This document shows, piece after piece, positions 1-9,388 of a stretch of DNA of 64,000 bases (position 1 is its first letter; each line of letters starts with the position of its first letter). The position numbers and the translations under genes are program-made. The notes under the pieces are model-generated. The model searched no databases and was not told the DNA's origin. It worked only from the letters and a program-made list of their open reading frames with translations. This DNA is from Thermoanaerobaculia bacterium (GTDB lineage: Bacteria > Acidobacteriota > Thermoanaerobaculia > Multivoradales > Multivoraceae): assembly GCA_963666565.1 (NCBI GenBank), contig OY762911.1:3648001-3712000 (forward strand). Direction: 5' to 3'.

Positions 1-682
1 CTTCCTCCGACACCAGTTGCCCCTTGTCGAGCCGCACGAGCCGCTTCGCCCGCGCCGCCGCGTTCGGATCGTGGGTCACCATGAGAATCGTCTTGTTGAA
101 CTGCTCGTTCAGTTGACCGAGGAGGTCGAGGATCTCCCGCCCGGAGTCCGCGTCGAGATCGCCGGTCGGCTCGTCGGCGAGCAGCAGAGTCGGGTCGGTG
201 ACGATCGCCCGGGCGATCGCCACCCGCTGTTCCTGGCCTCCCGATAGCTGCCGCGGGTAGTGCTTCATCCGGTTCTGCAAGCCGACCACGGAGAGCGCGG
301 TCTCGACCCGTCGCTTGCGCGCCGCCCGCGACCCGCGCCGGAGCGTCAGCGGCAGTTCGACGTTCTCGTAGGCGGTGAGCACCGGGATCAGATTGTAGAA
401 CTGGAAGATGAAGCCGATGTGCCGCTGGCGCCAGCGGGCGAGCTTGCTCTCGTTCATCCGGCTCACCTGTTCGCCGGCGACGACGAGATCTCCGCTGCTC
501 GGCTGGTCGATGCCGGCGAGAAGGTTGAGCAGCGTGCTCTTGCCGGAACCGGACGGCCCCATCAGGGCGACGTAGTCGCCCGCCTCGACGTGCAGGGTGA
601 TGCCCTGGAGCACCTTCAGTTCGAAGGCGTCGCGCCGGTAGTTCTTCGTCACATCGTGCATCGCGACGACGGTTTCAGCCAT
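1..682 (-). CDS. ABC transporter ATP-binding protein, MacB/LolD-like (3' end runs off window)
   Basis: Translated by hand from the ATG at 682: [30 protein letters not shown]; Walker [19 protein letters not shown] signature, LADEPTG Walker B. Not in the ORF track because no stop falls inside the window. Confidence 0.92.
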   Translation of the reverse strand, partial: MAETVVAMHDVTKNYRRDAFELKVLQGITLHVEAGDYVALMGPSGSGKSTLLNLLAGIDQPSSGDLVVAGEQVSRMNESKLARWRQRHIGFIFQFYNLIPVLTAYENVELPLTLRRGSRAARKRRVETALSVVGLQNRMKHYPRQLSGGQEQRVAIARAIVTDPTLLLADEPTGDLDADSGREILDLLGQLNEQFNKTILMVTHDPNAAARAKRLVRLDKGQLVSEE

Positions 683-809
683 CTATCTGCTCCCTCGTTT
701 CTGTCTGTCCCTCGTTCCAGGAACTTGCGCCGCGGAACGCAGCGACGCGAGTCTACGGCTCACGCTCCAGGGAGAGGTTCGGATGGGCCGACACATCGGT
801 CTCGGAACG

Positions 810-2045
810 CTAGGAGGCCTCGCGCACCCGCAGGCCCGGCGTGAGTTCCGGTGTCGGACTTCGCACGACGACCTCGCCGCCTCGAAGGCCCGACAACACC
901 TCGAACCGGTTGCCGTCCTGCTCCAGACCGAGTTCGATCGGCGCCCGCTCCAGGCGGCCCTCGTTCAGCAGCAGGACGTAGTCGCCGCCGCCGTCATTCG
1001 CGACCGCCTCGGCGGCGACCAGGATCTTCGGTTCCGCCCGGAGCGCCGTCTCGTCGACGCCCTCCTGGAGGAAGGTGACGCTGCAGCTCATGTCCGGCAC
1101 CAGGCGTTCGTCCCGGTCGTCGATCGTCACCTTGACCTGCACGACGGCCCGCTGGCGGTCGGCCGTCGGCACGATCTGCCGCAGCGCGCCGCGGTACTCG
1201 TGGTCGGGCACGGCGTCGACCTTGATCGTCGCCGGCTGGCCGAGCTGGATCCGGGCGATGAAGCTCTCGTTGATGTCCGCCTCGACCTCGAGCGAAGTCG
1301 GATCGGCGATCCGCACGAGCGCGCCCGTGGCCTGCTGGCTGGTAAATCCTCCCGGCGCGACCATCTCCCCCACTTCGACCGTCCGCTCGATGACCACTCC
1401 GTCGACCGGGGCGTGGATGACCGTGTAGGCGAGCTGCGCCTCGATCGACTCCAGGTTCGCCCGCGCCGTGCCCACCTGGGCCCGCGTCACGTGGAGCTGG
1501 GTGACCGCCGCGTCCAGGTCGGCGGAGGGCGCGACGCCCGCCTCGACGATGCGCCGCTGGCGGGCCTCCTCCCGAATCGCATCGGCCAGCCGCGCGGTCG
1601 CTTCGATCAGCGCCGCCTGGGCGCGCCGCACCGCCGCCTCGAGGTCGTCGCTGTCGAGCACCGCGATCACGTCTCCGGCCGCGACCGCGTCGCCCTCATC
1701 GACGTGGAGTTCGGTGATCCGGCCGATGATCTTCGCCCCCACCGCCGCCCGCACCCGCGCGTAGGTGTAGCCGGTCGCGGTGAGCACGGTGGACGCCTGC
1801 TCCGGCGTCAGGCGCTGGACCGTGGCCGTCTCCACCTCGGGCATGAGGTAGGGCACGTACTGGTCGGGCGGCAACCGGTAGACGGCGAAGACCGCCGCGG
1901 CGGCGAGCACGAGGAGGATCCCCCACTTGACGAAGCGTCCCCGCCGGGGACGGTATTCGTACTCGTCGTCGTCGCGCAGGATGGACAGATCCGGCCGCGG
2001 CGGCGGCGATTCCGAGCCGCCGCCCTCGTTCGCCAAGGCGCTCAC
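810..2045 (-). CDS. Efflux periplasmic adaptor subunit (MacA/HlyD-like MFP)
   Basis: N-terminal TM helix, lipoyl-like halves (GRITELHVDEGD; IHAPVDGVVIER) around a helical hairpin; directly upstream of the ABC ATPase. Confidence 0.9.
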   Translation of the reverse strand: MSALANEGGGSESPPPRPDLSILRDDDEYEYRPRRGRFVKWGILLVLAAAAVFAVYRLPPDQYVPYLMPEVETATVQRLTPEQASTVLTATGYTYARVRAAVGAKIIGRITELHVDEGDAVAAGDVIAVLDSDDLEAAVRRAQAALIEATARLADAIREEARQRRIVEAGVAPSADLDAAVTQLHVTRAQVGTARANLESIEAQLAYTVIHAPVDGVVIERTVEVGEMVAPGGFTSQQATGALVRIADPTSLEVEADINESFIARIQLGQPATIKVDAVPDHEYRGALRQIVPTADRQRAVVQVKVTIDDRDERLVPDMSCSVTFLQEGVDETALRAEPKILVAAEAVANDGGGDYVLLLNEGRLERAPIELGLEQDGNRFEVLSGLRGGEVVVRSPTPELTPGLRVREAS

Positions 2046-2163
2046 CGGCGTACCGCCAGCCTCGGCGGACGCGCGCCGCCGGCAGATCGTTCCATGCTGC
2101 GCATTCTATGGTCCTGGTCTACGCGATGCGGGCGCGTTGGTTTCGGGCCGGGCCGCCTTCCAG

Positions 2164-3330
2164 CTACTCCCCTGGGGCTCGGCGAAGGTGCTCGTCCGTC
2201 ATGAACACGTACTCCGTCACCTGCCGATAGGTCTCGCCGGGCCGCAGTACCGTGCTGGGGAAACCGGGCTGGTTCGGGGAATCGGGAAAGTGCTGGGTCT
2301 CGAGGCATAGACCGCCCCGATGCAAGTAGGGTCGACCGCTCTTGCCGACCAGGGCGCCGTCGAGGAAGTTCCCGGTGTAGAGCTGCAAGCCCGGCGCGGT
2401 GGTCGTGACCAGGAGCAACCGCCCGCTGGCCGGCTCGTGGAGCCGCGCCACCGGCGCCGGTTCGTCGGCGGCCTCGGCGGACCGGTCGACCACCCAGTTG
2501 TGGTCGTAGCCGCCACCGAAGCCGAGTTGCTCGAAGTCGTCGTCCACGCGGTCGCCGATCCGAGTCGAGCGAGTGAAGCTCATTGGCGTCCCCGCAACGG
2601 ACGCGATCTCGCCCGTGGGAATCAGATTGGCGTCGACCGGAGTGTAGGACCCGCTGACCAGGCTGAGTTCGTGGTCGAGGATGTCCCCCTCGCCTTCCCC
2701 CTTCAGGTTGAAGTAGGAGTGGAAGGAGAGATTGACGACGGTGGGCCTGTCGGTCGTTGCCTCGGCTTCGATGCGGAGCTCGCTGATGCCCAGGATGTAC
2801 CGCACCTCGAAGTCGACGTTGCCCGGGTAGCCCTCTTCGCCGTCCGGGCTCCGGTAGCGGAGCGCGACGCCCCTGCCGTGCTCGGTCCGTATCGGTTCGC
2901 CGTCCCAGACCACCCGGCTGAGTCCGCGGACGCCGCCGTGGAGGCTGTTCTCTCCGTCGTTCCGCGGCAGCGTGTACGCCTCGCCGTCGAGCGTGAAGCG
3001 GCCGCCGGCGATCCGGTTCGCGTAGCGGCCGACGATGGCCCCGAAGTACGGGTTCGTGTCCGCGACGTAGGACTCGAGGTCGTCGAAGCCCAGCACCACG
3101 TCCGCGAAGCGGCCTTCCCGGTCCGCGGCCGTCAGCGACACGATCGCGCCGCCGAACTCGGCGATCTCGACGACCGTGCCGGAACGAGACTCGAGCCGGA
3201 ACAACTCGACCTCCTTGCCGTCGACTTCGCCCCAGGGGCGGCTGGTCACTTTCACGAAGAGTCCCGCGTCAAGAGAACACCCCCCGGCCGCCAGCGCGGC
3301 CGGCAAGGCAAGCGACACGAGGAAGCGCAT
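2164..3330 (-). CDS. galM: Aldose 1-epimerase (galactose mutarotase), probable lipoprotein
   Basis: [30 protein letters not shown] and [12 protein letters not shown] motifs; signal peptide ending LAAGGC. Confidence 0.95.
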   Translation of the reverse strand: MRFLVSLALPAALAAGGCSLDAGLFVKVTSRPWGEVDGKEVELFRLESRSGTVVEIAEFGGAIVSLTAADREGRFADVVLGFDDLESYVADTNPYFGAIVGRYANRIAGGRFTLDGEAYTLPRNDGENSLHGGVRGLSRVVWDGEPIRTEHGRGVALRYRSPDGEEGYPGNVDFEVRYILGISELRIEAEATTDRPTVVNLSFHSYFNLKGEGEGDILDHELSLVSGSYTPVDANLIPTGEIASVAGTPMSFTRSTRIGDRVDDDFEQLGFGGGYDHNWVVDRSAEAADEPAPVARLHEPASGRLLLVTTTAPGLQLYTGNFLDGALVGKSGRPYLHRGGLCLETQHFPDSPNQPGFPSTVLRPGETYRQVTEYVFMTDEHLRRAPGE

Positions 3331-3394
3331 GAGACACGGCGCAGACTACCGAACTTGCTTCGCGGCCCACCGTCGCGCAGACTCGGGGACAGCC

Positions 3395-5044
3395 ATGCCC
3401 GATTTCCAGCACCAGCGCACCTTCGAACACCGCGGCGACGAGCCGGAGTACCGGCTTCTCACCTCGGACCACGTCCGCGTCGAGTCCGCCGGCGGCCGCG
3501 AGACCCTGCACATCGATCCCGAGGCGTTGCGGCTGATCGCCCGCGACGCGATGGACGACATCGCACACCTGCTGCGGGCCAGCCATCTGGAGCAGTTGCG
3601 CCGCGTCCTCGACGACCCGGAGTCGTCGGCGAACGACCGCTTCGTGGCGATGGAGCTGCTCAAGAACGCGAACATCGCGGCCGGCCGGGTGCTTCCCGGC
3701 TGCCAGGACACCGGCACCGCGATCGTGCTCGGCTACAAGGGCCAGGACGTCTACACCGGCTTCGACGACGAGGAGGAACTCTGCCGGGGCATCTTCGACG
3801 CCTACCGTGAGCGCAACCTGCGCTACTCCCAGATGGCGCCGCTGTCGATGTACGAGGAGAAGAACACCGGCACCAACCTGCCCGCCCAGGTCGACCTCTA
3901 CGCGGCGCGCGGTGACGAGTACCGGTTCCTCTTCGTCGCCAAGGGCGGCGGCTCGGCGAACAAGTGCTTCCTGTACCAGGAAACGAAGGCGATCCTGAAC
4001 CCGATCTCGCTGATGAACTTCGTCGACGAGAAGCTGCGCACGCTCGGCACGTCGGCCTGCCCGCCCTACCACATCGCGCTGGTCGTCGGCGGCACCTCGG
4101 CCGAGGCGACGATGAAGACGCTGAAGCTCGCGACCTGCCACGCGCTGGACGACCTGCCGACCAGCGGCAACGAACGCGGCCGCGCCTTCCGCGACCCGGA
4201 TATGGAGCGCCAGATCTTCGAGCTCTGCACCCGCATCGGCATCGGCGCCCAGTTCGGCGGCAAGTACTTCGCCCACGACGTGCGGGTCGTCCGGTTGCCC
4301 CGCCACGGCGCCTCGCTGCCGGTGGGCCTCGGCGTGTCCTGCTCGGCCGACCGCCAGATCCTGGGCCGGATCAACCGGAACGGCGTGTTCCTGGAGCAAC
4401 TCGAAGAGAACCCGGCGAAGTACCTGCCCGAGATCGACGAGGACGAACTCAGCGGCCAGGTCGTGGCGGTCGACCTGAACCGGCCGATGGACGAAATCCG
4501 CGCCGAGCTGTCGAGGTACCCGGTCGCCACGCGGCTGGCGCTCACCGGCCCGATGGTCGTCGCCCGGGACATCGCCCACGCCCGGCTCAAGGAACTGCTC
4601 GACCGCGGCGAGGACCTGCCCCGGTACTTCAAGGATCAGCCGGTCTACTACGCCGGTCCCGCGAAGAAGCCCGAAGGCAAGGCGTCCGGCTCGTTCGGGC
4701 CGACGACCGCGGGGCGGATGGACCCCTACGTCGACCTGTTCCAGAGCCGCGGCGGCAGCATGGTCATGCTGGCCAAGGGCAACCGCTCGCCCGAAGTCCG
4801 CCGCGCGTGCGAGAGGCACGGCGGCTTCTACCTCGGCTCGATCGGCGGCCCGGCGGCCGCCCTGGCCGAGCAGAGCATTCGCAAGGTCGAGTTGCGGGAG
4901 TTCGAGGACCTGGGGATGGAGGCTATCTGGCAGATCGAAGTCGAGGACTTCCCCGCCTTCATCGTCATCGACGACAAGGGCAACGACTTCTTCGCTCCGT
5001 TCGCCAAGTCGGGCGCCGTGGCGATCGGCGGCGGGCGGTCCTGA
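3395..5044 (+). CDS. fumA: Class I (Fe-S) fumarate hydratase, FumA/FumB type
   Basis: [30 protein letters not shown] and [13 protein letters not shown] motifs; start placed at ATG 3395 (MPDFQH). Confidence 0.95.
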   Translation: MPDFQHQRTFEHRGDEPEYRLLTSDHVRVESAGGRETLHIDPEALRLIARDAMDDIAHLLRASHLEQLRRVLDDPESSANDRFVAMELLKNANIAAGRVLPGCQDTGTAIVLGYKGQDVYTGFDDEEELCRGIFDAYRERNLRYSQMAPLSMYEEKNTGTNLPAQVDLYAARGDEYRFLFVAKGGGSANKCFLYQETKAILNPISLMNFVDEKLRTLGTSACPPYHIALVVGGTSAEATMKTLKLATCHALDDLPTSGNERGRAFRDPDMERQIFELCTRIGIGAQFGGKYFAHDVRVVRLPRHGASLPVGLGVSCSADRQILGRINRNGVFLEQLEENPAKYLPEIDEDELSGQVVAVDLNRPMDEIRAELSRYPVATRLALTGPMVVARDIAHARLKELLDRGEDLPRYFKDQPVYYAGPAKKPEGKASGSFGPTTAGRMDPYVDLFQSRGGSMVMLAKGNRSPEVRRACERHGGFYLGSIGGPAAALAEQSIRKVELREFEDLGMEAIWQIEVEDFPAFIVIDDKGNDFFAPFAKSGAVAIGGGRS

Positions 5045-5061
5045 AGGACGAGGCGGCAGCC

Positions 5062-6525
5062 ATGACGAACCTGAAGACGTCGGCCGGACTTCGGCGCAAG
5101 CCCCCATCTCCTTCGGGCAGGCGCCGCTCTGTCGCTCGGCGCCGCTCTGTCGCTCGGCCCCGCTCCGCGTCGGCCCGCCGTGGCCTGGAGCTGGCCCCGC
5201 TTCTCGGGCTGCTCGCGTTCGCCGCGGGTCTCCCGGCCGCGGCACAGCGAGCCACCTATCCGCCGGAGGAGTTCGCCGAACGACGGGCGCGCCTCTGCGA
5301 GCGTCTGGGCGGCGGCGCGGTGCTCATGTTCTCGGAGACGATGCCGCGTTACGGCGCCCGTTTCCGCCAGGACCACGACTTCTTCTACCTGACCGGGTAC
5401 GAAGGGCGGAACGCGGTGCTGCTGCTTGAGGTCGACGGCTGCGAAGCCCGGCTCTACCTGCCCCACCAGGGCGACCGGGAGAAGTTCATCGACGGCCCGA
5501 ACTGGCTCTACGCGCCGGAGAAGGCCGAGGGAACCGGCTTCGAGGTCGACCACCTCGCCTACCTGCCCGAGCACTTGGCCCGGCGGCGCGGCCGGCTGCC
5601 GGGAGAGGCCGGGAAGCTCCTCTGGATGCGCCTCGGCGAGCGCGACGAACTCGACCTCGCCCGCAGCGAGAAGGGCCTCTACCTCGGCCGGCGCGAGCAG
5701 AACCCCTGGGGCGGCCAGCCCACCGAGCAGGCCCACCAGATCGCGACGATCCGCGGTCGCTACCCCTACGCCGAGCTGCGCGACCTGACGCCGCACCTCG
5801 ACCGGCTGCGGACGATCAAGACGCCGCGCGAGATCGAGATCCTGCGCCGCGCCGGCAAGGTCAGCGCCGACGGCATCGCGGCTGCCATCCGGGCGACCCG
5901 CGCCGGCGGCTGGGAGTACGAACTGGAGGCCGCCGCCAAGCACGTCTTCCTGAAGCACGGCGCCGAGATGGAGGCGTACCCTGCGATCGTCGGCTCAGGG
6001 CCGAACGGCCTGATCTGGCACTGGGTCAGGAACGACCGGCAGTTGCAGACCGGCGACCTCGTCGTCATGGACTACGGCGCCTCCTTCGCCTACATGACGA
6101 TGGACATCACGCGCACCTGGCCGGTTACGGGCAAGTTCGACGAAGTCCAGGAGCGCGCCTACCGCGCCGTGCTCGAAGCGCAGAAGGCGATCATCGCCGC
6201 CATGCGCCCGGGCGTCACCCGGCGCGAGACCGCCGCGATCTGCCGCGAGATCTACGACCGCTGGGGCTTCGAGGACAAGCCCGCCCACGGCGCCGGCCAC
6301 TTCGTCGGCCTCTCGGTCCACGACGTCGGCGACGGCTCCCTGCCCTTCGAGCCGGGCATGGTCATCGCCGTCGAGCCGATCCTCGAGATCCCCGAGCGGA
6401 ACATCCACATCCGCATCGAGGACACGGTGCTGATCACCGACGGCGAACCGGAGATCCTGAGCGCCGCAGTGCCGAAGGAAGTCGATGCTCTGCTGGCGCT
6501 GGTGGGTGGAGAACCCCCTCCCTGA
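5062..6525 (+). CDS. Xaa-Pro aminopeptidase family (M24) peptidase, secreted
   Basis: FRQDHDFFYLTG N-domain, DYGA..DITRT, HFVGLSVHD, AVEP and RIEDTV metal ligands; signal peptide ending AAAQ. Start could lie slightly downstream. Confidence 0.9.
   Translation: MTNLKTSAGLRRKPPSPSGRRRSVARRRSVARPRSASARRGLELAPLLGLLAFAAGLPAAAQRATYPPEEFAERRARLCERLGGGAVLMFSETMPRYGARFRQDHDFFYLTGYEGRNAVLLLEVDGCEARLYLPHQGDREKFIDGPNWLYAPEKAEGTGFEVDHLAYLPEHLARRRGRLPGEAGKLLWMRLGERDELDLARSEKGLYLGRREQNPWGGQPTEQAHQIATIRGRYPYAELRDLTPHLDRLRTIKTPREIEILRRAGKVSADGIAAAIRATRAGGWEYELEAAAKHVFLKHGAEMEAYPAIVGSGPNGLIWHWVRNDRQLQTGDLVVMDYGASFAYMTMDITRTWPVTGKFDEVQERAYRAVLEAQKAIIAAMRPGVTRRETAAICREIYDRWGFEDKPAHGAGHFVGLSVHDVGDGSLPFEPGMVIAVEPILEIPERNIHIRIEDTVLITDGEPEILSAAVPKEVDALLALVGGEPPP
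5120..5155 (+). repeat. 18-bp perfect tandem duplication GGCGCCGCTCTGTCGCTC x2, followed by a degenerate third unit
   Basis: Read directly; encodes RRRSVA-RRRSVA-RPRSAS in the peptidase N-region. Confidence 0.9.
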
Positions 6526-7798
6526 CGAGCCGAGCCACCAGGGTCAGCTTTCCCCCGGCATCCAGGCAGTCGGGCAGATCCTCGATGGCGAACTCGTCAG
6601 CCGTCGTCGCGAACCGGAGCGCCGGCCACACGCCGGCCGGCAGCCTGAGTTCCCGGCCACCGAACCGGAGGAGGCACGACTCCCCGTCCGTCACGGCTTC
6701 GGTAAGCAGCCCGGCCCGGCGCCTTACCCGCGAGCGGGGCGTCAGCCGGTCTCCGTGGAGCCGCTGGCTGAGCAGGTCCGTGAACAGGGGTACGTCGGCG
6801 GCGAGGACCTCGTCCGCGAAGCGGCGCCACACGACCTCGGCATCGAATCGCGACTGCACGAACGCCAGCTTCTCGCCGAACAGGCGCTCTCGCTCGGCCA
6901 GGGGGAACTCCTCGCGAGCGAAGTCGCGAGGAAGATTCCGGCGCAGCGATTCTTCCTCGAGCGCCGCCGCGGCGACGCTCTCGACGAGGAACTCGGCCCA
7001 CGTGAACGCCGTGAGCCCGAGCGTGACGTGCAACGACGTCTGCCCTGTCGAACGGGCCGAGTGCATCAGACCTCGTGGAAGGTAGAGGGCGCTGCCCGGG
7101 CCGAGCTCGAACTCCTCGCTGACGTCGCCGGGAGGCGTACCGCGTTCGAAGCCCTGGCCCCGGAGTGGCAGTTTCACCTTGGTGTCGTAGATCGACCACC
7201 GCTTGGTGCCGCTGATCTGCAACACGAAGACGTCGTGGGTGTCCCAATGCGGGGCGAACCCCTGCGCCTCGGGCGGCGTGAGATACACGTTGGTCTGGGC
7301 CCGCGACGAGAAGCGCCGTCCGAGCGCGCCGCACAACCGAGCCAGCGTCGGTACGCGCGTTTGAAGCTGGTTGAAGATGACGGTCGCGCCGTCGTCGAAG
7401 TGCCTGGCGACCTCAAGCGGCTGGACCCTGCCGGCGTCGTTCGCGTACTCGCGGGAGGCAACGTCACCGTCGGCACGAATCAGCTTGATGTCGCGATGAC
7501 CGGCCGAGTGGGTGCCGAGCACGGTGTCGAGGTCGCTCACCGAGAGCAGCCCGGCGTAGTACGCCGGCGCGTCGCGCCGGATGTGAAGAAACCGTTGCTC
7601 GTAGTAGTCGTTCTCGAACTCCGCCGGCGGCAGCGGATCGAGGAGCCAGGCGAACCAGTCGCGGTCGTGACGTCCGACCGCCCGCGGTCGGGCGCTCGGA
7701 CCGTGACGCTGGTGACGCGCGGACGCGCCGCCAGGGTTCGCCGATCCCGGCCCGGTGTGGTCCGTCGTCATCCGGGCGCTTCCTGCGTCGTGGTCCAT
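6434..7798 (-). CDS. JmjC/Cupin_4 Fe(II)/2-oxoglutarate oxygenase (RoxA/NO66/MINA-like) with C-terminal winged helix
   Basis: FENDYYEQRFLHI, NVYLTPP..QGFAPHWDTHDVFVLQISGTKRW (HxD), LYLPRGLMHSA (distal His), SLHVT; C-terminal LVARLVREGVL. Start ATG 7798 or 7771. Confidence 0.92.
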   Translation of the reverse strand: MDHDAGSARMTTDHTGPGSANPGGASARHQRHGPSARPRAVGRHDRDWFAWLLDPLPPAEFENDYYEQRFLHIRRDAPAYYAGLLSVSDLDTVLGTHSAGHRDIKLIRADGDVASREYANDAGRVQPLEVARHFDDGATVIFNQLQTRVPTLARLCGALGRRFSSRAQTNVYLTPPEAQGFAPHWDTHDVFVLQISGTKRWSIYDTKVKLPLRGQGFERGTPPGDVSEEFELGPGSALYLPRGLMHSARSTGQTSLHVTLGLTAFTWAEFLVESVAAAALEEESLRRNLPRDFAREEFPLAERERLFGEKLAFVQSRFDAEVVWRRFADEVLAADVPLFTDLLSQRLHGDRLTPRSRVRRRAGLLTEAVTDGESCLLRFGGRELRLPAGVWPALRFATTADEFAIEDLPDCLDAGGKLTLVARLVREGVLHPPAPAEHRLPSALRRSGSPVRRR

Positions 7799-7842
7799 CG
7801 TGGTTCGTTCTCGCGCATTGGCTCCGGCAATCGGGCCGCAGC

Positions 7843-7871
7843 TTGACACCCAAGGCCCGCATCTCTACCAT
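7843..7871 (+). promoter_or_regulatory. Sigma70-type promoter for the small lipopeptide gene
   Basis: TTGACA (7843-7848), 17-nt spacer, TACCAT (7866-7871); AGGAG RBS at 7904-7908. Confidence 0.75.
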
Positions 7872-7915
7872 ACCGGACTCAGTCGGTCTCATTTTCCGAA
7901 CTCAGGAGCAAGGTC

Positions 7916-8164
7916 ATGGGCAGATCCGAGAACAGCGAGCCTGAAGTCAATCGTCCCGGCACGCCGATGTCGCTGACGGACGAGGACATCGCCACTGTCC
8001 GAGTCGATCGCCGCTCGTTCCTTTCTCGCGCGGTCGCGGTCGGATCGCTCGCGGCGGCCGCCGCCTTGACGACGGCCTGCCCCGGCGGGACCGACTCCGA
8101 CGGCGAGGGCGACGCCGCTGCCCCGGCCGAATCCGAGCAGGCGACGGACTCCGATCAGCAGTAG
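7916..8164 (+). CDS. Small Tat-signal lipopeptide with acidic TDSD-repeat mature region (candidate modified-peptide precursor)
   Basis: 82 aa with a good RBS; LTDEDIAT segment, DRRSFL twin-arginine motif, hydrophobic stretch, LTTA-C lipobox-like site; mature CPGGTDSDGEGDAAAPAESEQATDSDQQ. Confidence 0.8.
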   Translation: MGRSENSEPEVNRPGTPMSLTDEDIATVRVDRRSFLSRAVAVGSLAAAAALTTACPGGTDSDGEGDAAAPAESEQATDSDQQ

Positions 8165-8169
8165 AAGCG

Positions 8170-9312
8170 CTGTCCCTGCGCAGGGCGATCTTCTGGATCC
8201 ATCTGGCGGTCGGCGTCGCCGCCGCCGTCGTTGTCCTCATGCTGGCGGTGACCGGCGTGATCCTCACCTACGAGGCGCAGCTCAACGAATGGGCGCTGCG
8301 CGACTATCGCGCGGACCCGCCCTCCCCGGGCGTCGCGCCGCTCGGGCTCGACGACTTGATCGCGCGCGTCTCAGGCGGGCCGGCCGCCGGTCTCGTCACT
8401 TCCGCCGCGTTGCACAGGGATCCGCGACAGCCGGCGGTCGTCGGGCTCGACGATGGCGCCACCGTCTATGTCGACCGCTTCACCGGCGAGCGGCTGGGCA
8501 ACGGCGACACGCGGACGCGACGCTTCCTCCGCGGCGTCATGCACTGGCACCGGTGGTTCGCCCTCGACGGGGAGCACCGGATCATCGGCCGGACGGCGGT
8601 GGCAATCGCCAACCTCGGGTTCCTGTTTCTGCTCGTCAGCGGGGTCTACCTCTGGTGGCCGTCGACCCGCAGCCGCGCCGCCTGGAAACACGCCCTGTGG
8701 TTTCGGCCGCGCCTCAGGGGACGGGCGCGCGACTACAACTGGCACAAGGTGATCGGCTTCTGGTCGGCCGTTCCGCTCGTCATCATCGTCTTCAGCGGGG
8801 CCACCATCTCGTATCAATGGGCCGCCGACCTCGTCCATCGGCTGGCGGGCGACACGCCGCCGTTTCAGCAGTCGCCGCGGCCGCTGTCGGACGCGCGGGA
8901 GACTCCCTCCGTCGCGCCGGACCCGGTGACCCCGCTCTTCGAGCTGCAGGCACTGGCCGCGCAGGCCGCCGCCGAGACGCCCGGATGGCGGACGCTCACG
9001 ATCGACCTTCCCGAGGCGATTCACGATCCCGTCGTGGTCACGGTCGACCGCGGGACGGGCCGCCAGCCGTCGAAGCGCGAGGACCTGCTGTTCGACCGGG
9101 CGACCGGCGAACTGGTCGGGCGCGCCGGCTATCCGACCTTCACGCGCGGCTTCAAGATTCGCCGTTGGCTGCGGTTTGCCCACACCGGAGAGGTGTACGG
9201 CGTGGTCGGGCAGACGATCGCCGGCCTCGTGTCCCTCGGCGTAGCCGTCCTGGTCTGGACCGGTCTCGCGATGAGCTGGCGCCGTTTCTTCGGCCGCACC
9301 GGCCGGACCTGA
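8170..9312 (+). CDS. PepSY-associated TM helix protein (iron-uptake-associated membrane reductase family)
   Basis: Frame extends upstream of the called ATG 8239 to CTG 8170 (LSLRRAIFWIHLAVG..LAVTG); conserved His motifs WIHL, MHWHRWF, NWHKVIGFW, RFAHTGE; VYVDRFTGE PepSY motif. Confidence 0.88.
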   Translation: MSLRRAIFWIHLAVGVAAAVVVLMLAVTGVILTYEAQLNEWALRDYRADPPSPGVAPLGLDDLIARVSGGPAAGLVTSAALHRDPRQPAVVGLDDGATVYVDRFTGERLGNGDTRTRRFLRGVMHWHRWFALDGEHRIIGRTAVAIANLGFLFLLVSGVYLWWPSTRSRAAWKHALWFRPRLRGRARDYNWHKVIGFWSAVPLVIIVFSGATISYQWAADLVHRLAGDTPPFQQSPRPLSDARETPSVAPDPVTPLFELQALAAQAAAETPGWRTLTIDLPEAIHDPVVVTVDRGTGRQPSKREDLLFDRATGELVGRAGYPTFTRGFKIRRWLRFAHTGEVYGVVGQTIAGLVSLGVAVLVWTGLAMSWRRFFGRTGRT

Positions 9313-9388
9313 CGGCCCACGTCCCCCATGCAACGCGGGCCGCCGCGCCTTCCCGCCGGCCCAGGAACTGCGGAGACGGATTCGAAGC

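Noticed and set aside
17-2204. Plus-strand ORFs 17-247, 260-844 and 783-2204
   Set aside because: Antisense shadows of the ABC ATPase and adaptor genes, typical of high-GC DNA.
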